A stretch of DNA of 64,000 nucleotides from Mobula hypostoma (taxonomy: Eukaryota): positions 40,364,001 to 40,428,000 of the forward strand of contig NC_086097.1 in assembly GCF_963921235.1 (NCBI RefSeq). Direction: 5' to 3'. Below, in pieces: positions 24,482 through 37,362 of the stretch (position 1 is its first letter; every line of letters starts with the position of its first letter). The translations under genes and the position numbers were made by a program. The notes beneath the pieces are model-generated. The model was not told the DNA's origin. It was given only the letters and a program-made list of their open reading frames with translations, and searched no databases.

Positions 24482-27299
24482 ATGGGTTAAAAAATTCTAT
24501 ATCTGAATGCACAAAGTGTCAGAAATAAGGCGGATGAGCTTGAAGCTCAGGTGCGAATGGGTAACTATGATGTTGTTGGGATAACGGAGACATGGCTGCA
24601 GGGGGATCAGACCTGGGAATTGAATGTACAAGGGTATACGTGCTATCGAAGGGACAGAAAGGTAGGCAGAGGAGGTGGGGTGGCCCTGTTGGTGAGGAAT
24701 GAGATTCAGTCCCTTGCAAGGGGGCACATAGAATCAGGAGAAGTAGAATCAGTGTGGATAGAACTGAGGAACAGTAAGGGCAAAAAGACCCTAACAGGTG
24801 TTATCTATAGGCCCCCAAACAGTAGCATGGATATTGGGTGCAAGTTGAATAGGGAGTTAACAATGGCATGTGGCAAAGGAAATGTCGCAGTAATTATGGG
24901 GGATTTCAACATGCAGGTGAACTGGGAAAATCAGGTTTGTACTGGACCCCAGGCTAGGGAGGTTGTAGAGTGCCTACAGGATGCATTTTTGGAGCAACTT
25001 GTACGAGAGCCGACCAGGGATAAGGCCATTCTGGATTTAGTGTTGTGCAATGAACAGGATTTGATAAGTGATCTTGAAGTAAAGGAGCCATTAGAAGGTA
25101 GTGACCATAATATGATAAGTTTTTATCTGCAAATTGAGAGGGATAAGGGCAGATCAGAAGTGTTAGTATTGCAGTTGAACAAAGGAGGCTATGGAGCCAT
25201 GAGGGAGGAGCTGGCCAAAGTTGACTGGTCGGATATCCTAGCAGAAAAGACAGTGGAACAGCAATGGCAGGTATTCTTGGGAATAATACACAAGGTGCAA
25301 AATCAGTTCATCCCCCGGAGAAGGAAGGATTCAAAGGGGGGAAAGTGGCCACAGTGGTTGACAAAGGAAGTTGGAGATAGCATAGCGTTAAAAAAGAAGT
25401 ATAACAGAGCTAAGGTGAGTGGGAAGACGGATGATTGGAAATGTTTAAGGAGCAACAGAACTTAACTAAAAAGGCAATACGGGGAGAAAAAATGAGGTAT
25501 GAACGCAAGCTAGCTAGGAATATAAAGGAGGATAGCAAAAGTTTTTTTTAGGTATGTGAAGAGAAGGAAGATAGTTAAGAACAATGTTGGGCCCTTGAAG
25601 AATGAATTGGGAGAAATTGTTATGGGAAACAAAGAAATGGCAGACGAATTTAACAAGTACTTTGGATCTGTCTTCACTAGGGAAGACACAAGCAATCTCC
25701 CAGATGTATGGATGGGCCAAGGACATAGGGTAACAGAGGAACTGAAACAGATTGACATTAGGAAGGAAGCAGTGATGAGTAGACTGATGGGACTGAAAGC
25801 TAACAAATCCCCAGGTCCAGATAGCCTGCATCCTAGGGTACTACAGGAGGTGGCTCTGGAAATTGCAGATGCATTGGTGATCATTTTCCAATGTTCCTTA
25901 GATTCAGGATCAGTTCCTGAGGATTGGCGAATGGCTAATGTTATCCCACTTTTTAAGAAAGGAGGGAGGGAGAAAACAGAGAACTATCACCCTGTTAGCC
26001 TAACGTCAGTAGTGGGGAAGATGCTAGAGTCCATTATTAAAGATGAAATAGCGGCATATCTTGATAGCAGTGATAGGATTGGGCCGAGCCAGCATGGAAT
26101 TACCAAGGGCAAATCATGCTTGACTAATCTATTGGAGTTTTTCGAGGATGTAACCAGGAAGATAGACGCGGGAGATCCAGTGGATGTGGTGTACCTTGAC
26201 TTTCAGAAGGCATTTGATAAGGTACCACATAGGAGATTGGTGGGTAAAATCAGAGCTCATGGCATTGGGGGTGGGGATATTGACATGGATAGAAAACTGG
26301 TTGGCAGCTAGAAAGCAAAGGGTAGCAGTGAATGGGTGTTTCTCGGAATGGCAGGAGGTGACTAGTGGGGTGCCACAGGGCTCGGTATTGGGACCAGACC
26401 ACAGCTGTTTACGATTTATGTCAATGATTTAGAGGAAGGCATTGTGAATAACATCAGCAAGTTTGCTGATGATACTAAGCTGGGTGGCAGTGTGACATGT
26501 GATGAGGATGTTAGGAGAATTCAAGGTGACTTGGATAGGCTGGGTGAGTGGGCAGAAACTTGGCAGATGGCGTTTAATGTGAGTAAGTGTGAGGTTATTC
26601 ACTTTGGGAGCAAGAACAGGAAGGCAGATTATTATCTGAACAGTGTGGAGTTAGGTAAGGGAGAAATACAAAGCGATCTAGGAGTACTTGTTCATCAGTC
26701 TCTGAAGGTGAATCAGAAAGTGCAGCAGGCAGTGAAGAAGGCTAATGGAATGTTGGCCTTTATTACAAAGGGAATTGAGTACAAGAGCAAGGAAATCCTT
26801 TTGCATTTGTACAGGGCCCTGGTGAGACCACACCTGGAGTATTGTGTGCAGTTTTGCTCTCCAGGGTTAAGAAAGGACATCTGGCTGTGGAGGAGGTGCA
26901 GCACAGGTTCACTAGGTTAATTCCTGGGATGTCCAGACTGTCTTACACAGAGAGGTTAGAGAGACTGGGCTTGTACACGCTGGAATTAAGAAGATTGAGG
27001 GGGATCTGATTGAGACGTATAAGATTATTAAGGGATTGGACAAGATAGAGGCAGGAAATATGTTCCAGATGCTGGGAGAGTCCAGTACCAGAGGGCATGG
27101 TTTAAGAATAAGGGGTAAGTCATTTAGGACAGAGTTGAGGAGGAACTTCTTCTCCCAGAGAGTTGTGGAGGTGTGGAATGCGCTGCCTCAGAAGGCAGTG
27201 GAGGCCAATTCTCTGGATGCTTTCAAGAAGGAGCTAGATAGGTATCTTATGGATAGGGGAATCAAGGGTTATGGGGACAAGGCAGGAACTGGGTATTGA
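24482..27299 (+). pseudogene. CR1 ORF2 (APE endonuclease and RT), several frameshifts
   Basis: YLNAQS, ITETW, MGDFN, SDHN; KSPGPD, PVSLTSVVGK, YLDFQKAFDKVPH, SGVPQGSVLGP, KFADDTK. Confidence 0.95.
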
Positions 27300-27740
27300 T
27301 AGTAGATGATCAGCCATGATTTCAGAATGGCGGTGCAGGCTCGAAGGGCCGAATGGTCTACTTCTGCACCTATTGTCTATTGTCTATTGATGAACTGATC
27401 TAAACTGGTGATGTTCAAATTAGTCTCAGTAACCCTAGTTTAGGAAAATGAAAATTGTCCAGCCTTTCCACTAAATTGCTACCTTACACTTCCAAGCATT
27501 AATGTGAGTGTGTTGCATACTTAACTGTGTGAAAACAAGCACTGGATATTAGTTGGCATCAATATTGCCAATGAAAAATGTGTGGACAACTAGAAAGTAT
27601 TGAGAAACACATCAGTTGTTGCATTTTATAATATACAAACTTCGTAGATTATGTAAGCTGAGGTCTAAAATGTACGTCGTACTAATAGAAGAAATGTAGA
27701 TTGGAACTTATTGGGGGTTTATCAATCCCACCTACCACTA

Positions 27741-27945
27741 GGCAGCCTAGTGGTGTAGAGGCATCAACCTTGGACTTCAAAGCGGATGGTCCTGTGTTCG
27801 AATCCAGCAGCAGCAGTACCTGTGCAGAAGAAAGGCCTGGTAATCTATTTCCATATATTGCTATGAAAACCCAGTGGACAACTACATTATCCATAGGGTC
27901 GTCATCAGCTGACAACGACTCGATGACACTCAACAGCAACAACCA
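27741..27945 (+). mobile_element. tRNA-derived SINE with an RTE-type 3' tail
   Basis: A-box-like TGGTGTAGAGG, B-box GTTCGAATCC and tail ACGACTCGATGACACT(CAA)n. TSD ACCACTA at 27734-27740 and 27946-27952. Confidence 0.75.
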
Positions 27946-28564
27946 ACCACTACACCTGTCAAGATAATAATGAAGTTTCTCCTGATGAGTTCCTTATATT
28001 AAAAAAATACTCTTTCCTTCGGAATCATTGAAAGGACATCTGGCTTTAGCCCTGCGGAGCCAACAGAGGATCCGCAGGCAGTCAGAAAACCAAACGCAAG
28101 GGACCACCCCAATAAAACAGGAGGCAGCTATTTCCAAGGAAGAGAGGGAGACGAAAAGCTGTGAAGAAGGAACGTTGGAAAAACGAAAGATTATGGTGAG
28201 AAGAAGTCTAATAAATAAATATAAAAATTTCAAAGGCAGACAGAAAGAAACATTCTGTTCAAGCAGTGTGTGAATGAGACCACAGGGAGAAGTTCACAAA
28301 ATGGGCACAAGGGAGTATCAGCCATCAAGTGTACCATCAATCCTGGGTCTGTTGACTTCAGCACAGAGTTGCCATACCAACTCTCACAGCTATTTAGCAC
28401 TAGCAGTGAAGAATCGTTTCTCCCCAGACACATTTGTGAGGCAGGTATGTGTGCGGGGGAGAAAAAGCTAATAACAGGGATAAATATTCTGGTAGTGACA
28501 TGAGAAGGGAATTTGTTGGTAAAGGACTGGTGAGGGAAGATCTCATATTTCTTAATGCAGCTTT

Positions 28565-28818
28565 AATTTATTTACTTTTATTTATTTAGAGACACAATGC
28601 TGAACATTCCCCTCTGGCCCAATGAGGCACAGTACTCTCTAACTCATGTATTTAACACTTGCCTAATCACAAGACAATATACAATCACCAATTAAACCAC
28701 TAACTGGTATGCCTTTGGACAGTGGGAGAAAACCCACGCACTCACAAACTCCTTAGAGACGGCACTGGAATTAAACTCTGAACTCCGACACCCTGAGCTG
28801 TAATCGCATGGTGCTAAG
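28565..28818 (-). mobile_element. V-SINE-like element, degraded
   Basis: The minus strand GGAGTTTG..GCGTGGGTTTTCTCCCACTGTCCAAAG..TAATTGG resembles the V domain. (TAAA)n tail. Confidence 0.6.
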
Positions 28819-28924
28819 GTAAATGTTTCTACCTTTATAAAGCACAACATCCTTTTGGTTACTGAGAGTAAACTTCTTCGAAGGCTGAATTCAGAATTTA
28901 TTTGAATCTTACATCTGTCCTTCA

Positions 28925-30460
28925 ATGTGAGGAAGTAAAAAACTTTGTGTTATGACTCCATGCAATGTACAGACATGTGAATTTTAAAAGTCTAATGGCT
29001 TGTAGAAAGAAGCTGTCCCATAGCCTGTTGGTCCTGGCTTTTATGCTGTGGTAGTGTTTGCCAGATGGAAGCAGCTGAAACAGTTTATGATTGGAGTGAC
29101 TGGTGTCCCTGATGATCTTCCAGGCCTTCTTTCTGCACCTGCTGCTGTAAATGGCCCCAATGGAGGGAAGTTCACATCCACAGTTGCACTGGGGTGTCCA
29201 TACCACTCTGCAGTGCCCAGTGATCAAGGTCGGTGCACTTTGTGTACCAGTCGATGTATGCTCTCAGTGGTGCCCCTGTAGAAGGTCTTGAGGATTTGGG
29301 GACCCATGCCGAAATTCTTCAGTTGCCTGAGGTGGAAGAGATGCTGTTGTGCTTTTTTGCCACAAAGCCAGTGTGTACAGTCCAGGTGGGATCATCAGTG
29401 ATGAGCATACTGAGGAACTTGAAACTACTCACCCTCTCAACTGCAGACCCATTGATGCTGATTGAGGCGAGCCTGTCTCCATTCCTCCTGTAGTCCGCCA
29501 TTAGCTTTTTTGTTTTTTGGACATTGAGGGGGAGGTTGTTATCTTGGCACCACTGTTTCAGAGTGTCAACCTCTCCTCTATAGGCTGTATCATCGCCGCT
29601 AGAAATGAGGCCAATTAAAGTTGTGTCAGCTGCAAATTTAATCTGAAGATCGGTGTGTGGCAGGACAGTCGTGGGTGTAAAGGAAGTAGAGGAGAGGACT
29701 CAGGACACAACCCTGGGGGGGCACCTGTGTTGAGGTGACAGGAGGTAGAGGTGAGAGAGCCCATCCTTACCACCTGTCGGCGATCCAGTAGGAAGTCTTG
29801 GATCCAGCTGACTGAGCTCTCTGAGCTTCCTGTCGAGCCTGGAGGGAATTATGGCATTGAATGCTGAACTGTAGTCCAGGAACAGCATTCTCACATAAGC
29901 ATCCTTCTTCTCCAGCTGAGTGAGGACGGTGTGTAGTGCTGTGGCTATGGCCTCATTGGCAGACGGTTCCATCAGTAGGCAAATTGTAAGGGTCCAGAGT
30001 GGGTGGTAGCATGCTGCAGATGTAGTCTTTAACCAGCCTCTCAAAGCATTTGCTTACAATTGAGGTGAGTACTTCAGGGTGCCAATTGTTCAGGCATGCA
30101 ACCTTGGCTTTCTTAGGTAGAGGGACAACGATGAATGACTTGAAACAGGAGTGCACTACACGCTGGAGGTGGGAGAGATTAAAAATGTCTATAATCACAC
30201 CAGCCAGCTGATCAGCACACACTTTGAGGACATGCCCTGGGATGCTGTCCAGCCCTGCTAACTTGTGGCTATTGACACGTTGGAATGTTCTATGTACCTC
30301 AGCCTCAGAGATGACCGAGGTGCAGGTCTCGTCGGTGGCTCTCCTCAGGGGTTCAGTCCTACCAACTTCAAATTGAGCATAAAAGACATCTAGCTCGTCC
30401 GGGAGTAAGGCAGCAATGTTGGCTGCACTGCTGCGTTTCCTTTTCCTCATCACCGACTCA
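28925..30460 (-). mobile_element. Rex1/Babar-like LINE RT/3' part
   Basis: [55 protein letters not shown]. Confidence 0.85.
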
Positions 30461-31899
30461 ACCTACAAATTAATGTTTAGGGAGTCCTGCACAAGGACTC
30501 CCAAGTCTCTTTGCACCTCATATTTTTGTATTTTCTCTCCATTTAGAAAATAGTCAACCCTTTCATTTCTTCTAAGAAAGTGCATGACCGTACACTTCCT
30601 GAAACTGTATTTCTGCCATTTCTTTGCCCGTTCTCCTAATCTGTCTAAGTCCTTCTGCAGCCTCTCTACTTCCTCAAAACTACTTACCCTCATGCTCACC
30701 TTCATATTGTCTGCAAATTTTGCAAAATTTCCATCAATTCCATCTTCTAAATCATTGAGAAACAACATAAAAAGAATCAGTCCCAACACAAACCCCTGTG
30801 GAACACTACTAGTCACCGGCAGCCAACCAGAAAAGGCTCCATTTATTCCCACTCTTTGTCTCCTGCCAACCAGCCACTGCTTTAACTATGATAGAATCCT
30901 TCATGTAATACCATGGGCTCATAGCTTGTTAAACAGCCTCATGTGTGGCAGCTTGTCAAAGTCCTTCTGAAAGTCCAAATACACAACATCAACTAATTCT
31001 CCTTTGTCTATCCTGTTTGTTATTTCTTCAAAGAATTCCAACAGATCTGTCAGGCAAGATCTTCCCTTGCAGAATCCATGTGCCCTATTTTATAATGTAC
31101 TGCCAGGTACCCTGAAACCACATCTTTAACAATCAACTCCAACATCTTCCCAACCACAGAGGTCAGACTAACTAGCCTATAGTTTCTTTTCTTCTGCCTC
31201 TCTCCCTTCTTGAAGAGGGGAGTGACTTTTGCAATTTTCCAATCTTCCAGACCATTCCAGAATCTTGTGATTCTTGAAGGATCTTTACTAATGCCTCCAC
31301 AATCTCTTTAGCTACCCATTTTAGAACCCTGGGGTGCACACCATCTGGTCCAGGTGACTTATTTACCTTCAGACCTTTTAGTTTCCCAAAACCATCTCTT
31401 TAGTAATGGTAACTTTACACACTTCATGATCCTTGACACTTGGAACTTCCACCATACCGCTAGTGTCTTCCACAGTGAAGACTGATGCAGTTTGTCCGCT
31501 ATTTCCTTTTTTTTTCATTATTAAGTGCAATCGTGAACAATAGCCAGATCAGAAATGCTGATCAACTCAACTAGTTCCCAAAAAGAACTCTGATAGGCTA
31601 ATCAGATGGTTCACTGCTGCTCAGCGATAGAACACAAAAAAGTCATATGTACAATCAAGAAACATTAAAAAAGAGTAGAAATACTGGAGTCATGATGATC
31701 ATGATGAAGTCTGCTGGAGAGAGACATTTATACACATGCTGTCCTCCATAATTCAGAGAGATTGAAGGATAAGGTTGCAGGGTGACAAAATGTGGCAGGA
31801 GCAGTTGGAACTAAAAATTAATCCCTACTGGGAGAAAACAGCACTTGTTCATTCCGCACTGTTCTCCGGCCATTTAAGGACTCAGTTCAGCAAGTTCTC

Positions 31900-32180
31900 T
31901 TGAAAGTCAGGTATTAACCCTACCTACCAACAACCAAGCATTGCCATCCTGGTCCCCTTCATGATAGCTTATGAAGAAGCACCCTCCCAGAGATGATAGG
32001 TGTTTGTACACTCGACTCTTGATGGCTTGGACCCCATCATCGCAGATGTTTCCAACCACAGCATCTGGAAGGCTGTTCCAAATTCTGATAGCACAGTGAA
32101 GGAAGCGTCTATCCAATGTGTAGGTTCTCGCATCAGGCATAGAAACAACATGAGCAGGCATAGATAAACTTGATCGTGTG
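31900..32180 (-). mobile_element. 3' fragment of another APE-type LINE
   Basis: ARTYTLDRRFLHCAIRIWNSLP resembles the CR1/L2-superfamily ORF2 C-terminus. Confidence 0.55.
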
Positions 32181-34203
32181 GTGCCCCGTCTCTCCTTATC
32201 CCCCTTTACTACTGCTCTTGCATCGCTTTCCAGCAGTCTGATATCCACTTGCCTCTCTTTTACACTTTATGTATCTGAAGATGTTTTGGTATCCTCTTTC
32301 ATATTATTGGCCAGCTTACTTTTGTATTCCATCTTTATCTTCTTAATGACTTTTTTAGTTGCCATCTGCTGATAGTTAAAATATTCCCAATCCTCTAACT
32401 TCCCACCAGTTTTTGCTCTATTGTATGCCCTCACTTTGGTTTTTATGTTGGCTTTGACTTCTTTTGTTAGCCACGGTTGTGTCATCTTGCCTTTAGAATA
32501 CTTTTTCCTCTTTGGTATGTTTATATTCTGTACTTTTGGAATTGCTTTGAGAAATTCTAGCCATTGCTGCTCTGCCATCATCCTTGCCAGTGTTCTTTTC
32601 GAAATCAAATCTGGTCAATTCCTTTCTCATGCCTCTGTGATTTCCTGTAAATTTGAAAGAAGAAGCTAAACTTATATGTATCAGTATTACAGTGGATTAA
32701 GGGAATTAAAAAGGACAAGATAATAAATTGAATCAGCCATGATGAAATGACGGAGCAGACTTGAAGAGCCAAATGGCTTAATTCTGCTCCTATATCTTAT
32801 GGTCTTTTTGGACAACACCCAGTCCAGGATAGTTGATCTCCTAGTGGTCTCAAACACAAGCTGCTCTAAAATGCCATCTCCTAGGTATTATAGATATTCG
32901 CCCTCTGTGAATCTAATGTTAACTTGATTTTTTTCAATCCACCTGCATATTGAAATCTCCTTTGACTATTGTAACATTGCCCTTTAGCCTACATTTCCTT
33001 TCTTTTGTTGTAATTTGTAGAACCACATCCTTACTACTGTCTGGGGGTTCTGTACACAACTCCCATCTGGGGGTTCTTTTTATCCTTACAGCTCCTTATC
33101 TCTATGCACATCGATTCAACACCTTCAGATCCTATTCCATCTCTTTCTAATAATCTGATTTCATTTTTTACCAACAAAGCAACATCACCACCTCTGCCTT
33201 CCTGCCTGTCCTTTCGATACAATGTGTATCCTTGTGCATTAAGTTCCCAGCTATAATCTCCTGTCGGCCATGATTCTGTGAAGCCTACAACATGCCAATC
33301 TGTAACTGTGCTACAAGTTCATTGACCTTATTCCGTATACTGCACACATTCAAATATAACACCTTCTGTCCTGTTTTCACTCTTTTTGATTTAGTTCTCC
33401 TTTTGTCTTGCAACTCATCCTGTTGACTGCAATTTTGCCCTATCATCAGTTGCTCCTTGCTAGGAGTCTCACTTCACATTTCCTCTGTCTGTGAACCAAC
33501 TACCTCATCGCCAGCACTATCACTTTGGTTCCAATCCCCCTGCGAAGTTAGTTTAAGCCCTGGCGAACAACTCCAGCAAACCTGCCTGTAAGGATATTAG
33601 ACCCATCGGGTTCAGGTGTCACCCATCCCTTTTGTACAGGTCATACCTTCTCAAGAAGAGAACCCAATGATCTATTAATCTGAACTCGTGCCCCCTGCTC
33701 CAGTTTCTCAGTCACACATTCACCTTCCAAATCATACCATTCTTACCCTCACTGGCATGTGGCCCAGACAGCAATCCAGAAATTACTACCCTGGAGGTCC
33801 TATTTGTCAGTGTTCTACCTAGCTCCCTAAAATCTCTCTTCAGGACCTCCTCACCTGTATGTGTCATTGGTACCGATATGTACCAAGGCTTCTGGCCGCC
33901 TTTGAGAATGCGATGGACATGATTCGAGATATTCCTGATGCTGGCACTGGGAAGGCAATGGCAACATTCAATCTGGTGTCTCTATCACACCCACAGAACC
34001 TGGTCTTTGTCCTCTGATTAAGAAAACTCCTATCAACACTACAGTCCTATTCACCTTTCTACTCTGGTGACTGCTGACTAGAGACCTGGTGACTGTGGCT
34101 CTCTCCGGTAGGTCATCCCCCTTCATACTATCTGTACTGGCTGTGCATTTGCCCTCCTTCTCCTGACAACCACCCAGTTACTTGTCTCCTGCAATCTAGG
34201 GGT

Positions 34204-34572
34204 GTCTGAAAAGAGGATGCTGTTCAAGTTGCATGCCATCTTGGACAAGGTCTCCCATCCACTACATAATGTACTGGTCGGGCACAGGAGTATATTCAGC
34301 CAGAGACTCATTCCACCGAGATGCAACACTGAGCATCATAGGAAGTTATTCCTGCCTGTGGCCATCAAACTTTACAACTCCTCCCTTGGAGGGTCAGGCA
34401 CCCTGAGCCAATAGGCTGGTCCTGGACTTATTCCCTGGCATAATTTACATATTAATATTTAATTATTTATGGTTTTATTACTATTTAATTATTTATGGTG
34501 CAACTGTAAAACCAATTTCCCTCGGGATCAATAAAGTATGACTATGACTATGACTATGACTATGGCTATGAC
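34204..34572 (+). mobile_element. Rex1-like LINE 3' end with a (GACTAT)n tail
   Basis: ILDKVSHPLH..PRCNTEHHRKLFLPVAIKLYN, then TTTCCCTCGGGATCAATAAAGT and the microsatellite tail. Confidence 0.85.
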
Positions 34573-34599
34573 TACCTCTCTGTAACCCCTGTCTTTAGG

Positions 34600-36632
34600 A
34601 GCTGTTCTAATCCCAACAAGACCCACGGGAGATGACCATGCCAACACTCATCCATCAGGGAAGCCCTCAGAGAAGCCTCTAAGAAACAGTGAAACTGCGT
34701 ATGCATGCCATTGATACCCTTTGGTGCGCTAGGACCTCTTGCTGAGGTTCTGGATCATCGCAGCCCAGAGGTCTGAACCCCAGCTTCCCTGAAATTAATG
34801 TCAACCAACTGCAGGCCTGTGACTGCTGTCCAGTAAGTCTGAACCTCTGGATCAGTAATTTGGTCAGTGGACATATCAGCATAGTGAACCCCTATGTGTA
34901 CGGCTTCAATGGCTGGTCGTGAGAGGCAATCAGCCACGGCAGTATTTTTCCCTTGCTATGTTGTATATCAGTTGTAATCTCTGTCGGCCAGGTGGTGCTG
35001 CTGCCGTGCCGACCAAGGGTCTGATATTTTCACTATCGTGTGCACGAGGGGTTTGTGGTCAATGAACACTGTGAAATGGCGACCCTCTAGAAGAAAATGG
35101 AAATAGTGGACAGCCAGATAGAGACTGAGAAGCTTACGGTCAAACATGCTACACTTCCTTTTGGAGGGACGTGAGCTTCTCTTTCCAGCTGAAGAATGTG
35201 AGCGGCTGCCACATGCCTCTGAACAACTGTTCGTGCACAACACCCACAGCACAGTCTGAAGCGTCAGTATTAATGGCTACAGGTGCATTGGGGAGCAAGT
35301 GCATGTTGCAAAGAGCTTGTTTGGTATCATCAAATGCCCTGGTCACATCTGCTGACTAGTCAAGCACATGATTAGGGGTATGTCCTTTAAAGTGTACTAT
35401 ACAGGGGGAGTACAAGTTTAGCAGAAGTGGTGATACAAATTCATCATACCTAAAAACTCCTGTAGGTTTTTAGTAGTGTGGGGAGGTGGGAAATCCATAA
35501 TAGCAGCTACTTTTTGATGGGAGGGGGGTCGCGCCTTCTGTGGAGATGTGATGGCCGAGGAAGTCAATGGTTCACAACCCAAACTGGTATTTAGCAGGGT
35601 TAACAATCAACCTGTATTGGCTTAGGTGCTCAAAAAGTGTACGGAGATGAGATACCTGTTCAGATTTGGATGCACTGGCAACAAGTAGGTCATTCAGGTA
35701 AACAAAAAGAAAACCTAAATCTTTTAATCCAGAGTCTATCAGCCATTGGAAAGTCTGTGCTGCATTTTTCAGTCTAAACGACATGCATAGACATTTAAAA
35801 AGATAAACAGGGTTATCACAGCCTTTTTAGGACTGTCCTCTGAGCACACAAGAACATAATGTTAGCCCCTAACTAAGTTGCCTTTGGGAAAAAAATTGAA
35901 TTTATGGCTAAATGTGCTGAAAAGTCTTGGACGTGTAGGACAGGGTAACATTCAGAGGTGGTGACCTCAGTAACATGTTGGTAATCACCACATGGGCAGC
36001 AACCATTATTGGACTTATGGACCATAAGGAGAGGTGAAGCCCAAGGACTCTTTGACCAGTGAACAATGCCAAGCCTTTCCGTGTTGGCAACCTCAGCCTT
36101 TGCAATTGCCTGTGTTTCTGGGTCCAGTCTATGTACGCAGACGGAGTGGAAGTCCAGTTGTGGAAATGTGATCTGGCATTCACTGCATGAAGAGTACTTT
36201 AAAAATAAAACAAGGATGGTAGTTTCCCAGGAGAGGCAGCACATGGTCCATTAGCTCCTATGACTTAGCATCTCTGAGTCCAGGCAAAGAGAGCAACTGT
36301 TGGTGCACAACAACTCCAGATCAGAAGGCTGCACGTTCAAATCATGTTCGGAGTCACCAATGTAAGTTTTCACAATAAAAAAACACCTCACACAGTTTTA
36401 TGTTGAAGAAAAACCGTAACAATTCATTTATTGTATTCAGACACTAAACACAAAAAGCGCCATAATAAAGCTTCACGTAAATCATCATAAGAACATAAGA
36501 ACTGATGTTCTTATGATGTATTACATGAAGTTCTGTAACCACGCTTTTTGTGTTCACGTCACACCAGCCTCCAAAAGTGAACCCCAACTCAATGTCAGTA
36601 GTTGTGATTTACGTACGTTTCCACCAATTACA
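34600..36632 (-). mobile_element. Degraded Gypsy LTR element (5' LTR, PBS, RT-RNase H remnants)
   Basis: LTR 36361-36632 with TGTAA/TTACA termini. PBS-like TGGTGACTCCGAACATGATTTGAAC resembles tRNA-Trp. Motifs SPWASPL, FRLKNAAQTFQ, VYLNDLLVAS, TDASDCAVG, DHKPL, ADCLSR. Confidence 0.85.
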
Positions 36633-37362
36633 TTACCCAACTGTGTCACTTCTGTCTGAAATGTGCATGGGATGTCTTGAACTTATTGGGGAGGGATGCA
36701 TTGTTTCACACTGAAACTCAGAGTTAGTTTCTCATTGCCTTGCTGCAATTCATTGCAGCACCAAATGAACTCAAGAAAGAAAAGCCAGCATGGATGGAAC
36801 TCCGGTAAAATAATAGACGATGCCTGTGATTTTCCACATGATGTGAATTCAGTTAAAGCAAGAGAGAAGTCTGGATCATTTGTGATCCAAATCTTTATTT
36901 CATTCTTGAAAGACCACGCCAATTTTTTTTGGCACTTTTGAGCTCAGTGGTCTAAAAATCATTAAGTCACAAGAAAATCATTGAATCTGCTGCCTGGTTT
37001 GCACATGCAGAGTCTGTAATTTGATTCTTAATTCATTTATGAGTCCAGAGCTAATGAAGTCTAGTTTTTAATGTTTATTTGCCCTCGACCAGTGAGTTGC
37101 AGAAATTCTCCATGCCCTTATTTTACCTTTGCCTTTCAGTATATTAAATTAAATTCTAAGTCTCCTCATGTCTTTCCAACCACATAGATTTAAGCAATTC
37201 ATATATCCTCTCCATTCCGACTGCATAAAACCTTCACTATTCCCTCCTCGTTTAGAAGCAGAGCTCTGTGCAAAGATTTCTCCATCAATTCCTGCCTTTC
37301 TCCCTTAAAAATATTTGCAGCTCCTCTCTTTGACTTACATTTTGGCTGCTCATGCAGAGTTA

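Larger units (their letters stand above)
22860..27389 (+). mobile_element. Near full-length CR1 LINE
   Basis: CpG-rich 5' UTR, ORF1, ORF2, and a 3' UTR GGGCCGAATGG..CTTCTGCACC ending in a (TATTGTC)n tail. The 5' boundary is approximate. Confidence 0.93.
30463..34595 (-). mobile_element. Fragmented CR1 LINE (ORF2 and ORF1 remnants) with nested insertions
   Basis: SSVPQGFVLG..AKFADN, PWLTKEVK, YRKDRQEGRGG. Esterase-type remnants are near 33540-34190. Confidence 0.8.

Noticed and set aside
36683..36941. Overlapping ~80-aa ORFs in unique sequence
   Set aside because: No recognisable domain or splice signals; the length is expected by chance.
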